From assembly GCA_964106645.2 (NCBI GenBank), contig CAXKZF020000004.1: a stretch of DNA of 64,000 nt. The stretch is one strand, 5' to 3'. The notes below the pieces were generated by a model, which was not told the DNA's origin, ran no database searches, and saw nothing but the letters and a program-made list of their open reading frames with translations. The stretch comes from Podarcis pityusensis. Lineage: Eukaryota. How positions within the stretch are numbered: the first letter of the stretch is position 1; each line of letters opens with the position of its first letter. Shown in pieces: positions 1 through 13,700 of this stretch. The position numbers were made by a program, and so were the translations under genes.

Positions 1-1476
1 AGCTTTCACAGCCGGCATAGGAAGCATACTGATAGCTCCCTCTGCCTTTCCAAAATCAAGACGTTTCCCAATTCAGTTCTGCTCAACTGCATTTGAACTT
101 CAGCATCTGAAGGCGGCAAATGGGAACGGCGATGATCCCGTGTTGGGATTTAATGAGACGGGACCAAGAGACTAGATGCACCTACAAAGAGGAAAACACG
201 ACTGGCTCCCAGACAGAATTTGGGGCTTGCTCTTTCCACCTTGGCTCTGGGCTCATCGAGGCCCATTTGCTCCAAGTTCTTTGCATCTCTCCACAGACAG
301 CAGCACGTCTTGGAGGCTGCAGTTCAGAAGCCCTAAAGAGTAAATTCTAGAGCGCAGGAAGGGAAATGCTATTCAGAATTCTATGGCATAAATGTTGAGG
401 AGGGTTTAAGCCCTGCTACAAGGCTAAATCTCTCGTTTGCCCATGTTCTCTTCACAAGGGTCCAAAAGATCAGAAAGTTCACCAAGACCTGGCAATTTTC
501 TCCTTAGCACCATAATGCATGGTCACGTTTTAGATTCTGGCAGGGCCAACAGTGACGCAAAAATTGTGACCCCGCAACTGCAGAGCTGGTCAGTAAGCCA
601 GTGTTCGTAGGAACCAAGGAACTGCCAGGAAGCCTCCAAATTTCGACGTGCTCTTCTAAAAATAAGCTTTGGAGTCCTCTGAAAAGAAAGCTTTTTCCTT
701 TTTGGAAAATAAACACTTGCCTTCCTCATCCTCAATAGTTCGGGCAGAGCAAGGCAGAGTCAAAGAGGGGGGGGGGGAGAGCTTTCAAGGAAAAGAAATG
801 TCAGAGCCGAATGAGTGACCTTCAAACTGCATCAAGGGGAGAGATCCAACTGAGGCGTTCGAGAGTGTTCCCTTTTTGCCTCCTCTTCAAAGCGTAAGGC
901 AGGATTTTTGCCACAAGTGGCAGCTTCCTATTTTTACACGCTTTCGAGAGCGATGAAGTGGGGTCGTCTTATAACAAGGTGCAATTTACGCAGAGAACAG
1001 CTATCTCAAATTAATGTCGTGGAGTAGTTTTTCAAAAATAATAATAAAAAAGTGTAGTGAAAGGAGACTTTAAGTGGAGGAGGGGGCTCTCTTGGTTACA
1101 AGCTCCTGGAAGGTTTTTCTTTTTCTGCCCCCCCCCCCAATAACTGGATTGCTTCAGTAGTCTTATACTGTGCTCTGAAAAGAAGTTTCAAACAAAATGC
1201 ACCAAATAGTCATCTTTTTTTTGGAGGGGTGGGGGGCATTTAAAAAACAGTTTGTGAAACCCTGTATATAAAATGAGCATTCATGAAATCCTCGTGGCCT
1301 CTAAAAAGCCTATGCAAACCCTGTCCACCCCCCGCCCACCTACGGAGGTAAAAATATGTAAACTGATGGAGAGCTAAGAAACAAACAGGAGATGCCATCA
1401 AACTACGCAGAGATCCCAGCCAGGCGATTTCCATTTCAGCTATGTCAAACATACATACAGTTGACAATTCAAGTAA

Positions 1477-1482
1477 TTTATT
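1477..1482 (-). terminator. Candidate polyadenylation signal of SLC45A4
   Basis: AATAAA on the minus strand about 1.8 kb past the stop codon, followed by a GT-rich tract (CTGTATGTATGTTTG, 1460-1446). Confidence 0.55.
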
Positions 1483-3291
1483 AAAAACTGCTTTTCATTC
1501 TGAAATATATAGATAAGATAGGGTTTTTGCTTTCGAGTTGCTATACTTGCAGCATGGTTCAAGGCATGCATTTTAAATAGGTGAGTTTGAGGCAGCAGAA
1601 ATCTCTCGCAAGAGCAGCCTGGGTTCACTGCGGTTTCAGCCTGCAAACCAGCTGCGGCCTCTTTTGGCTCCCACTGCCTGCAAGGTGCAAGGGGAACGTG
1701 CAAGGAGAAGCCCCCCCCCCCATTTCTAAAGAGAAGGACCTTCTAAGCTGGCTGTTCTTAAGGATATCCTCTAACAGGCTGTCGATCCCCAGCAATGACA
1801 CTTGGCTTGGCTTGGTATGGGAGCCTGGCACACCCGACAACCTGCTATGTGTGTTACTGCTATTGTCCTGGACTCGGAATTGGGGAGTTGGGAGGGGAGG
1901 GAGTCTGGGTTGAAAGGACGTGGGAAAACAGCTTGGTAAGACTCCGGCATACCTAGGAATAAAGTTACAGCATTTTTTTCTTAAAAAAATGGTGAATTTT
2001 GTTTTCTTTAAGGCCCAAAGCTGTTTCAAGATACATTTTCCTTTTTAAAAACAACAACAACAACACACGCAACACACACGCACTCTCTCTCTTTCTCTCC
2101 AGGCTGCAGTTATCAAGAGGTAGGCCTTTGGTTTACGCTTGCGGGAGCCAGACTACCTTTCGAAACTCTCCGCTGTCGCAATTTCCAGCCCAGAAGTTCA
2201 GACAAAAGTGCAATCGACGACCCCCTTTCTAAACAAAGGGGAACCTCACAGCCCGCCTGCAGAAACTGACAGCGGGGAATCTGCGTCCCCATTAGCAGCT
2301 TCGTCACAAAGGAGATGATTGGCTTTCAAACGCCACCAAAAGATGAAAAGAAAAATAAGTCAAATTCTGACCGGCTCGCCGATCAAAACAGGTCACAGAA
2401 TGTTCCACTGGTGCTCCTCAGAGCTACACATGTCGCCTCCCACCGTCCTGAGGAGAGCCAAAAGTCCCTCCCAACCACCGAAACATCGCCATCTCTGCGG
2501 CGAAGAGATCACACTCGAGGAATCCTTGGCAAGCAACAGTCGGCGGGGACGGGTGCTCCAAACAGCTTGAATAAAAATAAAAATAATAATAAAAAATAAA
2601 GCGACAGCAATTCTTGCAGTAACTGATGCAATACGTCCAAGGGAAGTCGGGGGTGGGGGAATACTTAGTAGTAATTGCACGGAAAAATAATGAAATCCAG
2701 ACTATGGTTCAAGGGGGTGAGGAACATAAAGCAGAGAACCGCGACTGTCAGCCTAATAAAAATGGCATCAGTTTTAAAATACACCATCCTACTGAACTTG
2801 CAAGGTCTGAAGGAGTCAGAACAAAAAACAGAAAACTTTTCTGCAAAAGCCACAGCCAAAATTGCTTTCGTTTTTTAATTACAGTTTTTAAAAATGGTGG
2901 TGTTGGTGGAAGGGAAATAAACAGTCCAAATGGGTAATTTGAGAATTTTGAAAAACCGCCACGAGGTCTTAAAAAAACAAAGCAAACCACGCAAGAACGT
3001 TTTCCTGCCCATCGATAAAAGTCCCCGTGGAAATGCGTTTTCTCGCCATTAAAAATACCTCTAAGAAAGGAGATTTTTCTGGATTGTAGAGAAAGCAATC
3101 AGCATCAAAGCTACCTATTCAAGGCTACCCTAAGACTATGGAATTTCATCTACATTTTTGCATGAAAGAACCATTTCAATCCGATGCTGCAGCAAGGATG
3201 TCCTTAGAAAAGTTCAGATTCTGCTTTGCGAGAACGTCCCGATTCGTGCACCTGGAACGGCTTGGAATGTGTGCAAATGGCGGCGGTTTGC

Positions 3292-3657
3292 TCAAACGGC
3301 CGACTCGTTTTCCACTTCTGTCTTGGAGGCTTCTTTCCGAGAGAGCTTGATCACGGTCGGCTTCTCCCCATCCGCGTCGCCACCGCTCTCGGCCGCCTCG
3401 GGAGGCGCCAGCCCTTTCTGCTCTTCCTTAGGGCTCTCGCCGACGTCGGGGTAAATCACCAGGAACGTGGCCGTCAGGAAGCCCAAGAAAGACCCTACCG
3501 ACGCCACCATGGGTATGACCCGCACGGTGCCCACGGCGTCCACCACTCCTCCCAGCGCAGAGGCCACGAGGATCTGGGAGATGTAGACTTGGCAGGACAA
3601 GATGGCGCAGTCTATGCCAAAACCTCGCTTTGAGTTCCCAGGGCTATGGTGGATATA
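3292..3657 (-). CDS. SLC45A4: SLC45A4 last coding exon (366 nt including TGA)
   Basis: Acceptor CTCTTTCAG|TATATC. Encodes [17 protein letters not shown]...ENESAV*, with the stop at 3294-3292. Confidence 0.96.
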   Translation of the reverse strand, partial: YIHHSPGNSKRGFGIDCAILSCQVYISQILVASALGGVVDAVGTVRVIPMVASVGSFLGFLTATFLVIYPDVGESPKEEQKGLAPPEAAESGGDADGEKPTVIKLSRKEASKTEVENESAV

Positions 3658-6600
3658 CTGAAAGAGAAAGGGACAGGAGATGCTATCAACAAAACGGGGA
3701 ATCGGGTAGCAGAGCACACATCGCGTTGCAATATCTGAAGCAGCTTGCTTTGGGGACTGATACCCTGGGGACAAGTCCTCTATGTCTGTGGTCAGGAACT
3801 GCAAAGAGGTGGAGGGAACGTTCTTTCATATGTGGTGGACTTGTAAAAGAGTACAGTCATACCTCGGCTTGAAGTTGCTTCAGGTTGAGCACTTCTGGGT
3901 TGTGCTCCGCGGCGACCCGGAAATAATGGAATGCGTTACTTCTGGGTTTCGCCGCTCGCACATGCGCAGATGCTCAAAATGACGCCACACGCATGCGCGG
4001 AAGCGGTGAATCGCGACCCCGTGCATGTGCAGACGTGGGTTGCGTTTACTTCAGGATGCGAATAGGGTTCCAGAACGGATCCCGTTCGTATCCAGAGGTA
4101 CCACTGTATTGGGAAATAATCTATAATGAATGGTGGGGAAATGTTTAAAATTACTTTTCCAAAAAACCCCAGAGTACGGACAATTCAGAACGAAATTCCC
4201 AAGTGTCAAAAAAAGAAGGTTATATATGTATGCAACTACTGCATGCAGCCCGTGTTCTGTTAGCCCCAAAATGGAAAACAAGTGAGGTCCCAACTGAAGA
4301 AGAATGGTAACTTAAGTTGACGGAATATGCGCAGCTTGCAGATTTAACATATGGAAGCAGAGAACAAGAAGAACATACGTTTAGAGAAGATTGGGAAACT
4401 TTTATTTAGTATATGGGGGGGGGGGGAACTGTGCACACCTGAAAAGATTGGAAGCATTAAGATAAATTCAACAGTGTAAATAAGGTTTGATGGATGTATT
4501 GATGGAATATTGAATGGTTTAGTTTTTGTAAAATACGCAGGAAGCTATGATACGAAAAACGAACCATGGAAGGAGAAGAACGGAAGTCATTGATATTTTA
4601 ATGATGTTAAAATGAGTATTTCANNNNNNNNNNNNNNNNNNNNNNNNNNNNNNNNNNNNNNNNNNNNNNNNNNNNNNNNNNNNNNNNNNNNNNNNNNNNN
4701 NNNNNNNNNNNNNNNNNNNNNNNNNNNNNNNNNNNNNNNNNNNNNNNNNNNNNCCTCAGGCCAAAAGCAGCCTGAAGTGCTGCTTGCTGGATACTGGGCT
4801 TTCCAGCTGCAAACTACGATTTGATGGGCTTGTCTCCCTCTCTTCCCATTCCCTGAAGGCTCTCCAGAGCTTAAAGACTGACTCTGCAGGTCTGTGTATG
4901 CCGTGGGATGCTTTCAAAGCATCAAACCCCCTCTGTGCTGGCTGGGCCTGATGGGAAATGTAGTCCAAGACACCTGGTCGCTGCAGCAGACAGCGGCTGG
5001 GCTGGATGGATCTGGGGTCTGATTTCATCTGTCCGTATGGTTCTTGCCCAACTCACGTTCCCCAACACCCGGCCCACGGCCACCTACCTGCTTGATGTCG
5101 TGATACTGCCCTAGAAGGGCGTAGGGGCAGTAGGATATACTCATGGAAACGATGCCCATGGAGCTGATCATGATCATGGCGACGTACACATTGGGGAACA
5201 TGGCCATCACTGCCGTGCCAATGGAGAAGCCCAGAGTGCCCAGGATGTAGATCACTCGGATGCTGAGGTCGTAGTTGTCCAAGTATTTCTGTAGCAAGGC
5301 TGCAAAAAGGAGGCCAAGCATGTCGCCATTAGAGAAAAGCGCCCCGCGCTCTGGGTGCAATTAGCCACCCAACTCTCCCTCATTAAAGCACTTCATGGCC
5401 AGGGCCTTCCTAACTTCCCCCGCTCAGTCCCCTTCCTCGATTCTCTTATCTGTCAGCCACACACGGCTTCTCTGGTCCGGGGTGCAGAGACTTTCAGCTG
5501 CCGGCACAGAACCTCTTACCTGAACACACAGCTGCAGTAGCGGCATAGATGACCAATCCCCAACAGCCCATCTGAACGCCGGCATTGTAGGCATGCAGTT
5601 CGGTGGAATTCGAAGGGGCCTGCAGTGAAGCAATAGAGCAGGGGTCAGCAAACTTTTTCAGCAGGGGGCCAGTCCACTGTCCCTCAGACCTTGTGGGGGG
5701 CTGGACTATATTTTTTTGGGGGAATGAACAAATTCCTATGCCCCACAAATAACCCAGAGATGCATTTTAAATCAAAGCAGACGTTCTGCTCATGTAAAAA
5801 CGCCAGGCAGGCCTCACAAATAACCCAGAGATGCATTTTAAATAAAAGGACACATTCTACTCATGTAAGAACATGCTGATTCCCGGACCGTCCGCAGGCC
5901 GGATTTAGAAGGTGACTGGCCCGGATCTGGCCCCCAGGCCTTACGTTTGCCTACCCATGCAATTAAGATTTAAGCAAAGGCCACACTATGAACAAGAGCA
6001 TGGAAGTGTCAATGTTCGCACCTCTCTACCTAGCCAAAGATTGATTGATTGGTTTTATTAAATTTGCATACAGCCCTTCATCCAGATATCGCAGGGCAGC
6101 TCAGAACATAAAAACAGATAATAAAAACAAGAAAGAAGAAATATCCCTCCCCAATATATTTAAAAGGACACAGAATATTAATCAGCCAAACGCCTGGTTG
6201 AAGAGGAACATTTTTGCATGGTGAAATCTAAAAATCTAATGAAGGTGCCAGGTGAGTCTCCCTGGGGTGAGCATTCCACAAACGTGGAGCCACAGCAGAA
6301 AAGGCCTGCTCTCGTGTCACTGGTCTCTGAACCTCTTGCGGAGGAGGCACACAAAGAAGGGCCTCAGAAGATAACTGCAGGGTCCAGGCTGGTTCCTATA
6401 GGGAGAGGCGGTCCTTGAGGAATTCTGGTCCTGAAGCACTTAAGGCTTTACAGGTCAAAACCAGAACTTTGAATTGGGCCTGGACACTAATTGGCAGCCA
6501 GTGCAATTGGGCCGGGATTTACACTTTCGTTTATTCATCTGGCTTTTTTTCAACCTGTGTTTCAAAGAAAGATTCTCGAGAAACTCGGAACGATAAAAGG

Positions 6601-9594
6601 AGTGAAACCGAAACCAAATCGGCCATAAAGCAATACAATTTCAGGCCACAAAGAACCAAACTTCAAACGTCCTTGCCCACCAGGTTGCCAAGGCAAATGA
6701 TGATGAAACAAACCTGGGACCCTGACAAACCCGGGAAATTTCTTTGCAGCGCCCTCTGCTTGGGCTGAGCTAATTTGCAGAGCGATGCGAAATATCTATG
6801 GAGCGGAGGAGTGACTCAGTAAGTAGAACACGTGGTGGAGGCAAGCTTTGCGACTCACCTTGGGGTCGCCGTTGAAAATGACCTGCCCCATGAAGTCGGT
6901 GTAGAACACGGCTTCGGCGATGATGGAAAACCAGGTCAGGAGGTGGCAGACGCAGAGGCGCAGGAGCTCCTGCGGCATCTTCAGCATGGACAGCCACAGG
7001 AGCCGGACGGTCGTTTCGGTCTCGCCTTCCTCGCTCTCGGTGTCGCCGCTGGAGTTGGTGGTTCCGCTCTGGTTCCTGTGCCGGCACCTCTGCCGCTGCC
7101 TCTTCTGCATGTCGTAGATATCGTTCATGCTCCGCGACGACTTGATCAGCACGATGGCGTTGGCCCGCCGGAAGCGGTAGCGGTGGGAGCCGATCTTGCC
7201 GTAGTAGGAGAAGGTGTGGGAAGGCTGCCGGTAGAACATGTGCTTGCGCCTGCGCATGGAGTTGGAGGTGCTCGACTGCTTCATGCCGATCCTCGCGTGT
7301 CCGTTCAGGAGGTCTTTTGGTAGGGAGCCGTTGCTGTTCGGGGCTTTGGCTTCGTTCAAGTGATTATCAAGTAACATGTCCTCCTCCTTCTCGTTCTCCC
7401 TGAGGAAAGCAGACAGGCGGTTGAATTTGGACTTCATGTACTCCTGGCTGGCACTGTGCGGGGTGTTGGGGTAGGAGGAGTCCTGGAAGATGGAAGGCTC
7501 GATTTCGTGGAGGAAAAGCAGCTCGGATTCCATCTCCAAGGTGGCGTCGGGCATGTGCAGGACAGAGTCGCTCTTGCTGCGGACAATGTCCACGTCCAGG
7601 AAGTCCATGTTGAGGTCCTGCTCAGACTGCACCTCGTCCCGGTACATGGAGCTCCTGTAATGGTCTTCCTCGCTGATGACGTTCAGGCGGCTCAGGGGAG
7701 GGAGGCTGCCGCTCAGCTTGACGCTCGAAAGGGTGTCGGCCTCGTCGTCGATCCTGTCCTGCTGGGGGTTGTATTGCTCCTCCTCGATGCTGCAAAGGTG
7801 GAGGACGACGGAGACGGAAAAGATGATGGCAGCAAAGAAGAAGAGGACTTGCTCCTGAGAGACGAAGATGACCCCAAAGAACGTCTGCATCCAGTCGAGG
7901 CCTCCCAGCATGTAGCCAATGGCCCCTCCAAGACCTAAGGAAGGAGAGATGGGCAAAAAGTTATGCGCTGGTGGCTTTGTGAAAAGGCTGGGAACCACGC
8001 AAGTGGGCGGGGCAGCAGTGCCTGCTATCTGGTTGCTACATAAAAGAGGAGAAAGGTCTTCCTTTTTGGAATCCATCAACAATGGGGGCACAGGTTCCAC
8101 ATCCGATAACAGTAGCTCTTTAAATTTGATGTAGTTAATTTGGTTAGTTCAGTTGAGAACTGCAGCTTGCCAAATGGACAGACCTTGCTTCTGGCACTGC
8201 TGCAGACAAATGAATGGAGCCGAAAGCAGTCATTTCAGCGATCAAGCCAAGCCAGGGTTTCAGGTTGACCATGGTTCGGAACCCAAAGCGTGGCGTGAAC
8301 TTCCAACCATACAGTAAAGCCAGGAACATTTTTCTCTCAAGTTCCCTTCAAACCAAAGCTTGTTTGCTCTGCTTTGCCGGCTGATCAAATCCCCCAAAGA
8401 ACTTTGGTGACAGTTGACTTTCCTTAACCATGGTTTGGTGTCATCTCAACTGAGCCACCTTGGGAAACAGGGTGCAATCTTAAAAGGGAAGCGCTGTTGG
8501 AAGTTTAAGTATGCTCTTCTATGGAATAAATTGAAATAAAAATTATTTAAGGGACACAGGAAGCTGCCTTATACGAAGTCAGACCCATATGGAGTCTAGC
8601 ACTGTACTGTCCCACACTGGCTGGCAGCAGCTTTTTGGAGTTCCAGGCAGGAGACATTCCCACGCGCTACCCGGAGATGCCTGGGACAGAAACTGGGGCA
8701 GGTTTCATTACAGAAAAGGACAGAATCACATACCAGCTGAGAAGGCGTGGATATTGAGCGCCATGTCCTGTTCCTCGCTGTCCACCACGTCCAGCAGATA
8801 GGCCCGGATCGGCCCCTCCGTCGCATCAGCGCAGAAATCCAAGACCACCACCCCCAGAACAGTGAGAACGATGCCGATGGGCTGCTTGTCTGGGACATCT
8901 CCGATGGCCAGGCCTGGCAGGAAAGAAGAGCAAAGAAATCAGGAGGGTGTTTTCTCTCTCTCTCCCTTTTTCTTTTCCTCGTAAAGAACCGACCCAAGAA
9001 CAAAATAACAGTCCTTTTTATCATTAAGGAAACAAACGGATCTCCTTAACGGATTTGGCTGCCAAGAAGAAATGCTGGAATTATCCCTTGGCCGCTCTGG
9101 CTGGGCATTTCAACCCTGTGGCACGGGTTAGGCCAGGGCTGGTTTGAGGGCTTGTTTTGCCTCGGTCCAGTATATCTGAAGGAGCGTCCCCACCACCATC
9201 GTTCTGCCCAGACAATGAGGTCCAGTGCCAAGGGCCTTCTGGCAGTTACCTCGCTGTGAGAAGCTAAGTTACAGGGAACCAGGCAGAGGGCCTTCTCGGT
9301 AGTGGCACCCACCCATAGCTGACAACTTTTCCCTTTTCTTGCAAAGAATCCTATTCGGAATAAGGGAATTTCCCTTTAAAAAAGGGAACCGTTGACACCT
9401 ATGCACCCACCCTGTGGAAAGCCCTCCCACCAGATGTCAAAAACTACCACCAGACTTTTAGAAGGCACCTGAAAGCAGCCGTGTTTAGGGAAGCTTTTAA
9501 TGTTTGATGCATTACTGTATTTTAATATTGTGTTGGAAGCCGCCAAGAGTGGCTGGGGAAGCCCAGCCAGATGGGCGGGATATAAATAATAAAC

Positions 9595-9633
<39 letters not shown>

Positions 9634-10757
9634 TAGGATTGACACAATGTGTTTCTGATGAGTACAAAATTATTTATTGGGAGCTCTCGGTTACCTGCTT
9701 CTTCCCTTGTCTGACAAAAGTTGGCCGAGAAGGTCAGCCCAGGTTAAGGTGGTGTTTGAAAATTTTATTATGCAACTTGTGGGAGGTGGGGGAAAAAAAA
9801 CAACCCCAAACAGAAAAAGGAGGAAGTAATGAAATGTGCTTGGCTACAGCCACAATACAGAGTGAGGAATGTACTCTTAAAAAAAACCCCAGAGCTGCCA
9901 AGATTTGAAGCGTTTGCTGGGGGGCGAGGGGGGCTTTTAAAATACACGTGTCGCTTGTCCTCGATTGCAGGCAAAGCCCGAATGTTCTAGTGGGGCAGAT
10001 CGAATGTTCATGGGCTGAACCACCTCAGAGAGATCAGAGCTTGCAGGCTTTCTAAGTTCAGAGCGGGAGGAAGTGCTTCAAGTCAAGCAGGGGAGAGAGG
10101 CTGTGAGTTCTGCATTCAGAAGCTGCGAGGTGCAATACCTGACATCTCCGGGCAGGGCTGGGAAAGACCCTAGATCAGGGCAGAGAGACAGCCTTTCCCT
10201 GCAGAGGACAGCTTTGTAAGTTCCAACACATTCGCTTTCCATAAGTTCTGGGAGCCTATTTTACAAAGTGTGAACACTCGATGCTGCTCCCGTCCTCGGG
10301 ATGAGAATGGCACAGAAGCGGGGGAAACTAATTGTTTTCCATTTTTTTTATTGTTGTTGTTGTTTAGTCATTTAGTCGTGTCCGACTCTTCGTGACCCCA
10401 TGGACCAGACCACGCCAGGCACTCCTGTCTTCCACTGCCTCCCACAGTTTGGTCAAACTCATGCTGGTAGCTGGTAGATAGGTTTGATTTTCTTGCAGTC
10501 CATGGGACTCTCAAGAGTCTCCTCCAGCACCAGAATTCAAAAGCATCAATTCTTCGGTGATCAGCCTTCTTATATTCTGCTTTTCCTCCAAGTTGCTCCA
10601 GTACAGGGTTTTCCGCCTCCCCCTTTTATCCTCACAACAAGCTGGGGGGTGTGTGTGTACTGTTTTGTTTAGTTATTGTTTTTATTGTGTTATTTGTGTT
10701 TTTATCTTGCATTATTATCCTGCGAACCACCCTGAGATCTACAAATGAAGGGTGGTA

Positions 10758-10789
<32 letters not shown>

Positions 10790-13700
10790 ATTTAGGCTTA
10801 GAGTGTGTGACTGGCTCAAGCGCAGCCAGTGAGCTTCATGGCTGAATGGGGATTTGAGAAGATCAAACATGTCCATTCTGAAGGAAATCAGCCCTGAGTG
10901 CTCACTGGAAGGACAGATCGTGAAGCTGAGGCTCCAATACTTTGGCCACCTCAGGAGAAGAGAAGACTCCCTGGAAAAGACCCTGAAGTTGGGAAAGATG
11001 GAGGGCACAAGGAGAAGGGGACGACAGAGGACGAGATGGTTGGACAGTGTTCTCAAAGCTACCAGCATGAGTTTGACCAAACTGTGGGAGGCAGTGGAAG
11101 ACAGGAGTGCCAGGCGTGCTTTGATCTATGGGGTCACGAAGAGTCAGACACGACTAAACGACTAAACAACAACAATAACTCTCAGGTCCTAGCCCTGCGC
11201 TCTTAACCACTGAACCACCTTGGCTAATACCCAGCAAACGTGAAGAGTTGCCAATGGAGTTCGCCTCAGGCTGAATCCCCAAAGAAGGTAAATTCCCAGC
11301 TTCTATTGTTTCCACAGAGTGTTGCTCTAACAGCACCGACGGGGATGAAGGAAAGAGTTATTCTTCCCCCTTTTAGTCATTTGATAAACAATTTTTAGAT
11401 CTTGCCGTGTTCTCCCCCCTTTCCCCCCCCTCAGCCTAAGAACAGAACAAGAAAAAGCGAAACGATCTTTTTGTCCTTCTTTCCCCCCCTTTTCAAATAA
11501 TGCTGGAAACAGGATATGTTTGCCAGATATGCATTAAAGGGAAATCAGAGCACAACAGGAAACATTTCCCTGTGAACAGGTTCCTACAGTTTTCCCATGC
11601 CAAGAGCTGCAGTCGTTTCAGACCTGCTAGGATTTTGCTAGTAACCACTGAATCGGTGGGAAGGTAAGCTTGAAAATGCAGCCACCACGAGCCATCACGA
11701 TAAGCCCGGCAGTCGCTTTTGATGAGAAGAAACAGAGGCTCTGTGTACAAATCTGTAGGCGCAGACCATCGCCCAACTCAAAATAGTCAGGCATGAAAAT
11801 CCCCAAACTCGGTTCCATGGGTGACTCTGAGTCAACTCCGTAGGATAGTTTATTGTTGTACATTGTTTTAATTGTCTGTTTTAACCATATTTGCACATCA
11901 GTTTCTAATGTTGTGAGTGTCCTCTATTTCAGAGGCTTCTACTCTGCAGCCTCTTATAGTTGTTTTAGCTGCGAGCCTTTTAGTTCTTATGCTCTTACAG
12001 TTGTTTTAACTGCGTGTTTTTATTTGTTTTTAGTTCTTATCTGTTTTAATTATCAGTTTTTACCCACCCATTATCCGTGTTTAATCTTGTATTTTATTCA
12101 GATGTTTTATCCTATGCTTGTTTCTTTGTCCTTATTTGCTCTAACAATTATCGGTTGAAAAAATAATAATCCTAACTGCCATTTTATTTATATGTTGTTG
12201 TTGTTTTTTGTTTTGTTTTTTATCCTGGTCTGTGACCGTAATAAAGTTCATTCATTCAGGCTAAGGCACTGAAATTAACAAGCCTGAGTAAGTAGGACCA
12301 ATGCTGGATTAAGACAACTTTACTTTCTGCAGCTTGTTCCAGTCACAGAATTCAGGTGCTCGGTAGCAAAATCCCACAGCGCCTCCACAATAAATGCTTT
12401 TTTAGCTGGCTGCGGAGTGCGGTCCTTTGCTGCTTGTTTGAGCAGACAGCACAGTGACCCAAGCATATTCCCTGATTTACCTATAATGGAGCCGTTCAGG
12501 AAAAGGGCAACTCCAAAGAGAACACCAATGCAGAGGGCAAGGATAAAAGGCCGCCGGCGGCCCCAGCTGAGAGTACAGCGGTCACTAGCTGAACCTATTA
12601 GAGGAGTGAAGATCAAGCCCAGGATTGGGCTGAGGAACCAAGTGAGGCTGTAGTACTGTTCAGGAAGACCTAAAAGACAGAGAATTCAAGAGGGTTATTG
12701 GTTACGTTTTGGAAAGCAAACATGTTCAACTCAACACAGGACCCCCCAGGCTAGCCAATGCTGTTGTAGGTTTAAGAAATGCAGTCAACCAGGCAAACGC
12801 TGGCCTGGTTCTGATGCAACAGGAAACCATGGTTTCCTGTTACAAGATTATGGCTGAATGACCCTTGGGCTTGCACTCTCCTTTTGGGTCCACGAGAAGG
12901 AGATGACAAGCACCCGCTTCTGCTTTTAAACAAACCACAGTTCCCCGTTGCATCCAACCTCAGGGAACTGCAGTTTGTAAGTAGTGAACAAGCCAGGATA
13001 TGAAACCATAGCTTACGCCTTGCACACCCATGACCCCACTTGGAAATAAGGATGTAAACGTACGGATCAAATGTGGAAATCCGTGCTAAATAAATATAAC
13101 TAAACATTAATGGAACAAGGGAATGCAACAGCTAAGGATGGGGAACATTTTGAAAGAAATAATCTTTGAGGGATCAGGAGTTCTAAGAGGTTAACAGCAT
13201 TGTGGTGCCGCTTGTGTGAGTGCCGCCAATGCAGAGTTAGAATCATAAAATTTCAGTATCTTAGAGTTGTCAAGGGACACCAGGGGTCATCTAGTCCAAC
13301 CCCCTGCGGTGCAGGAACCTCAGCTAAAGCATCCATGACAGATGGCCACTCAACCTCTGTTTAAAAACCTCCCAGGAAGGAGAGCCTACCAACTCTCGTG
13401 GGAGTCTGTCCCACTGCCGAACAGCTCTTACTGTTGGAAAGTTCTTCCAAATGTTTTCAACAGTTTTAAAAAAAAATTATTTAATCGTTTTTTCGATACA
13501 AATAACAACTGCAAAAGACACTACAACAAAAACCATAATAACAATAACACAATTTGACAATTCAGATTTACATACACTGATATACCTATGACTGCACCCT
13601 TTTAACAATATTTCCCCACCTCTCTCTCCTCCCCCCACTTCCCCCCACTATCCGCCTTATCGCGTAAATAGTCATTCCAGATTTCTTAATATTTATCCAT

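Noticed and set aside
1-1400. Possible 3' end of a convergent neighbouring gene (DENND3 in mammals)
   Set aside because: No recognisable coding sequence; plus-strand AATAAA hexamers alone are not enough.
1581-2029. ORFs of 110-134 aa near the 3' UTR as an alternative last exon or neighbouring gene
   Set aside because: No recognisable homology, and no supportable splice path from the CDS.
6832-7938. Plus-strand ORFs of 163 aa and 160 aa overlapping coding exon 4 (also 3226-3633)
   Set aside because: Antisense shadows of a coding exon with GC-rich third positions; no independent gene features.
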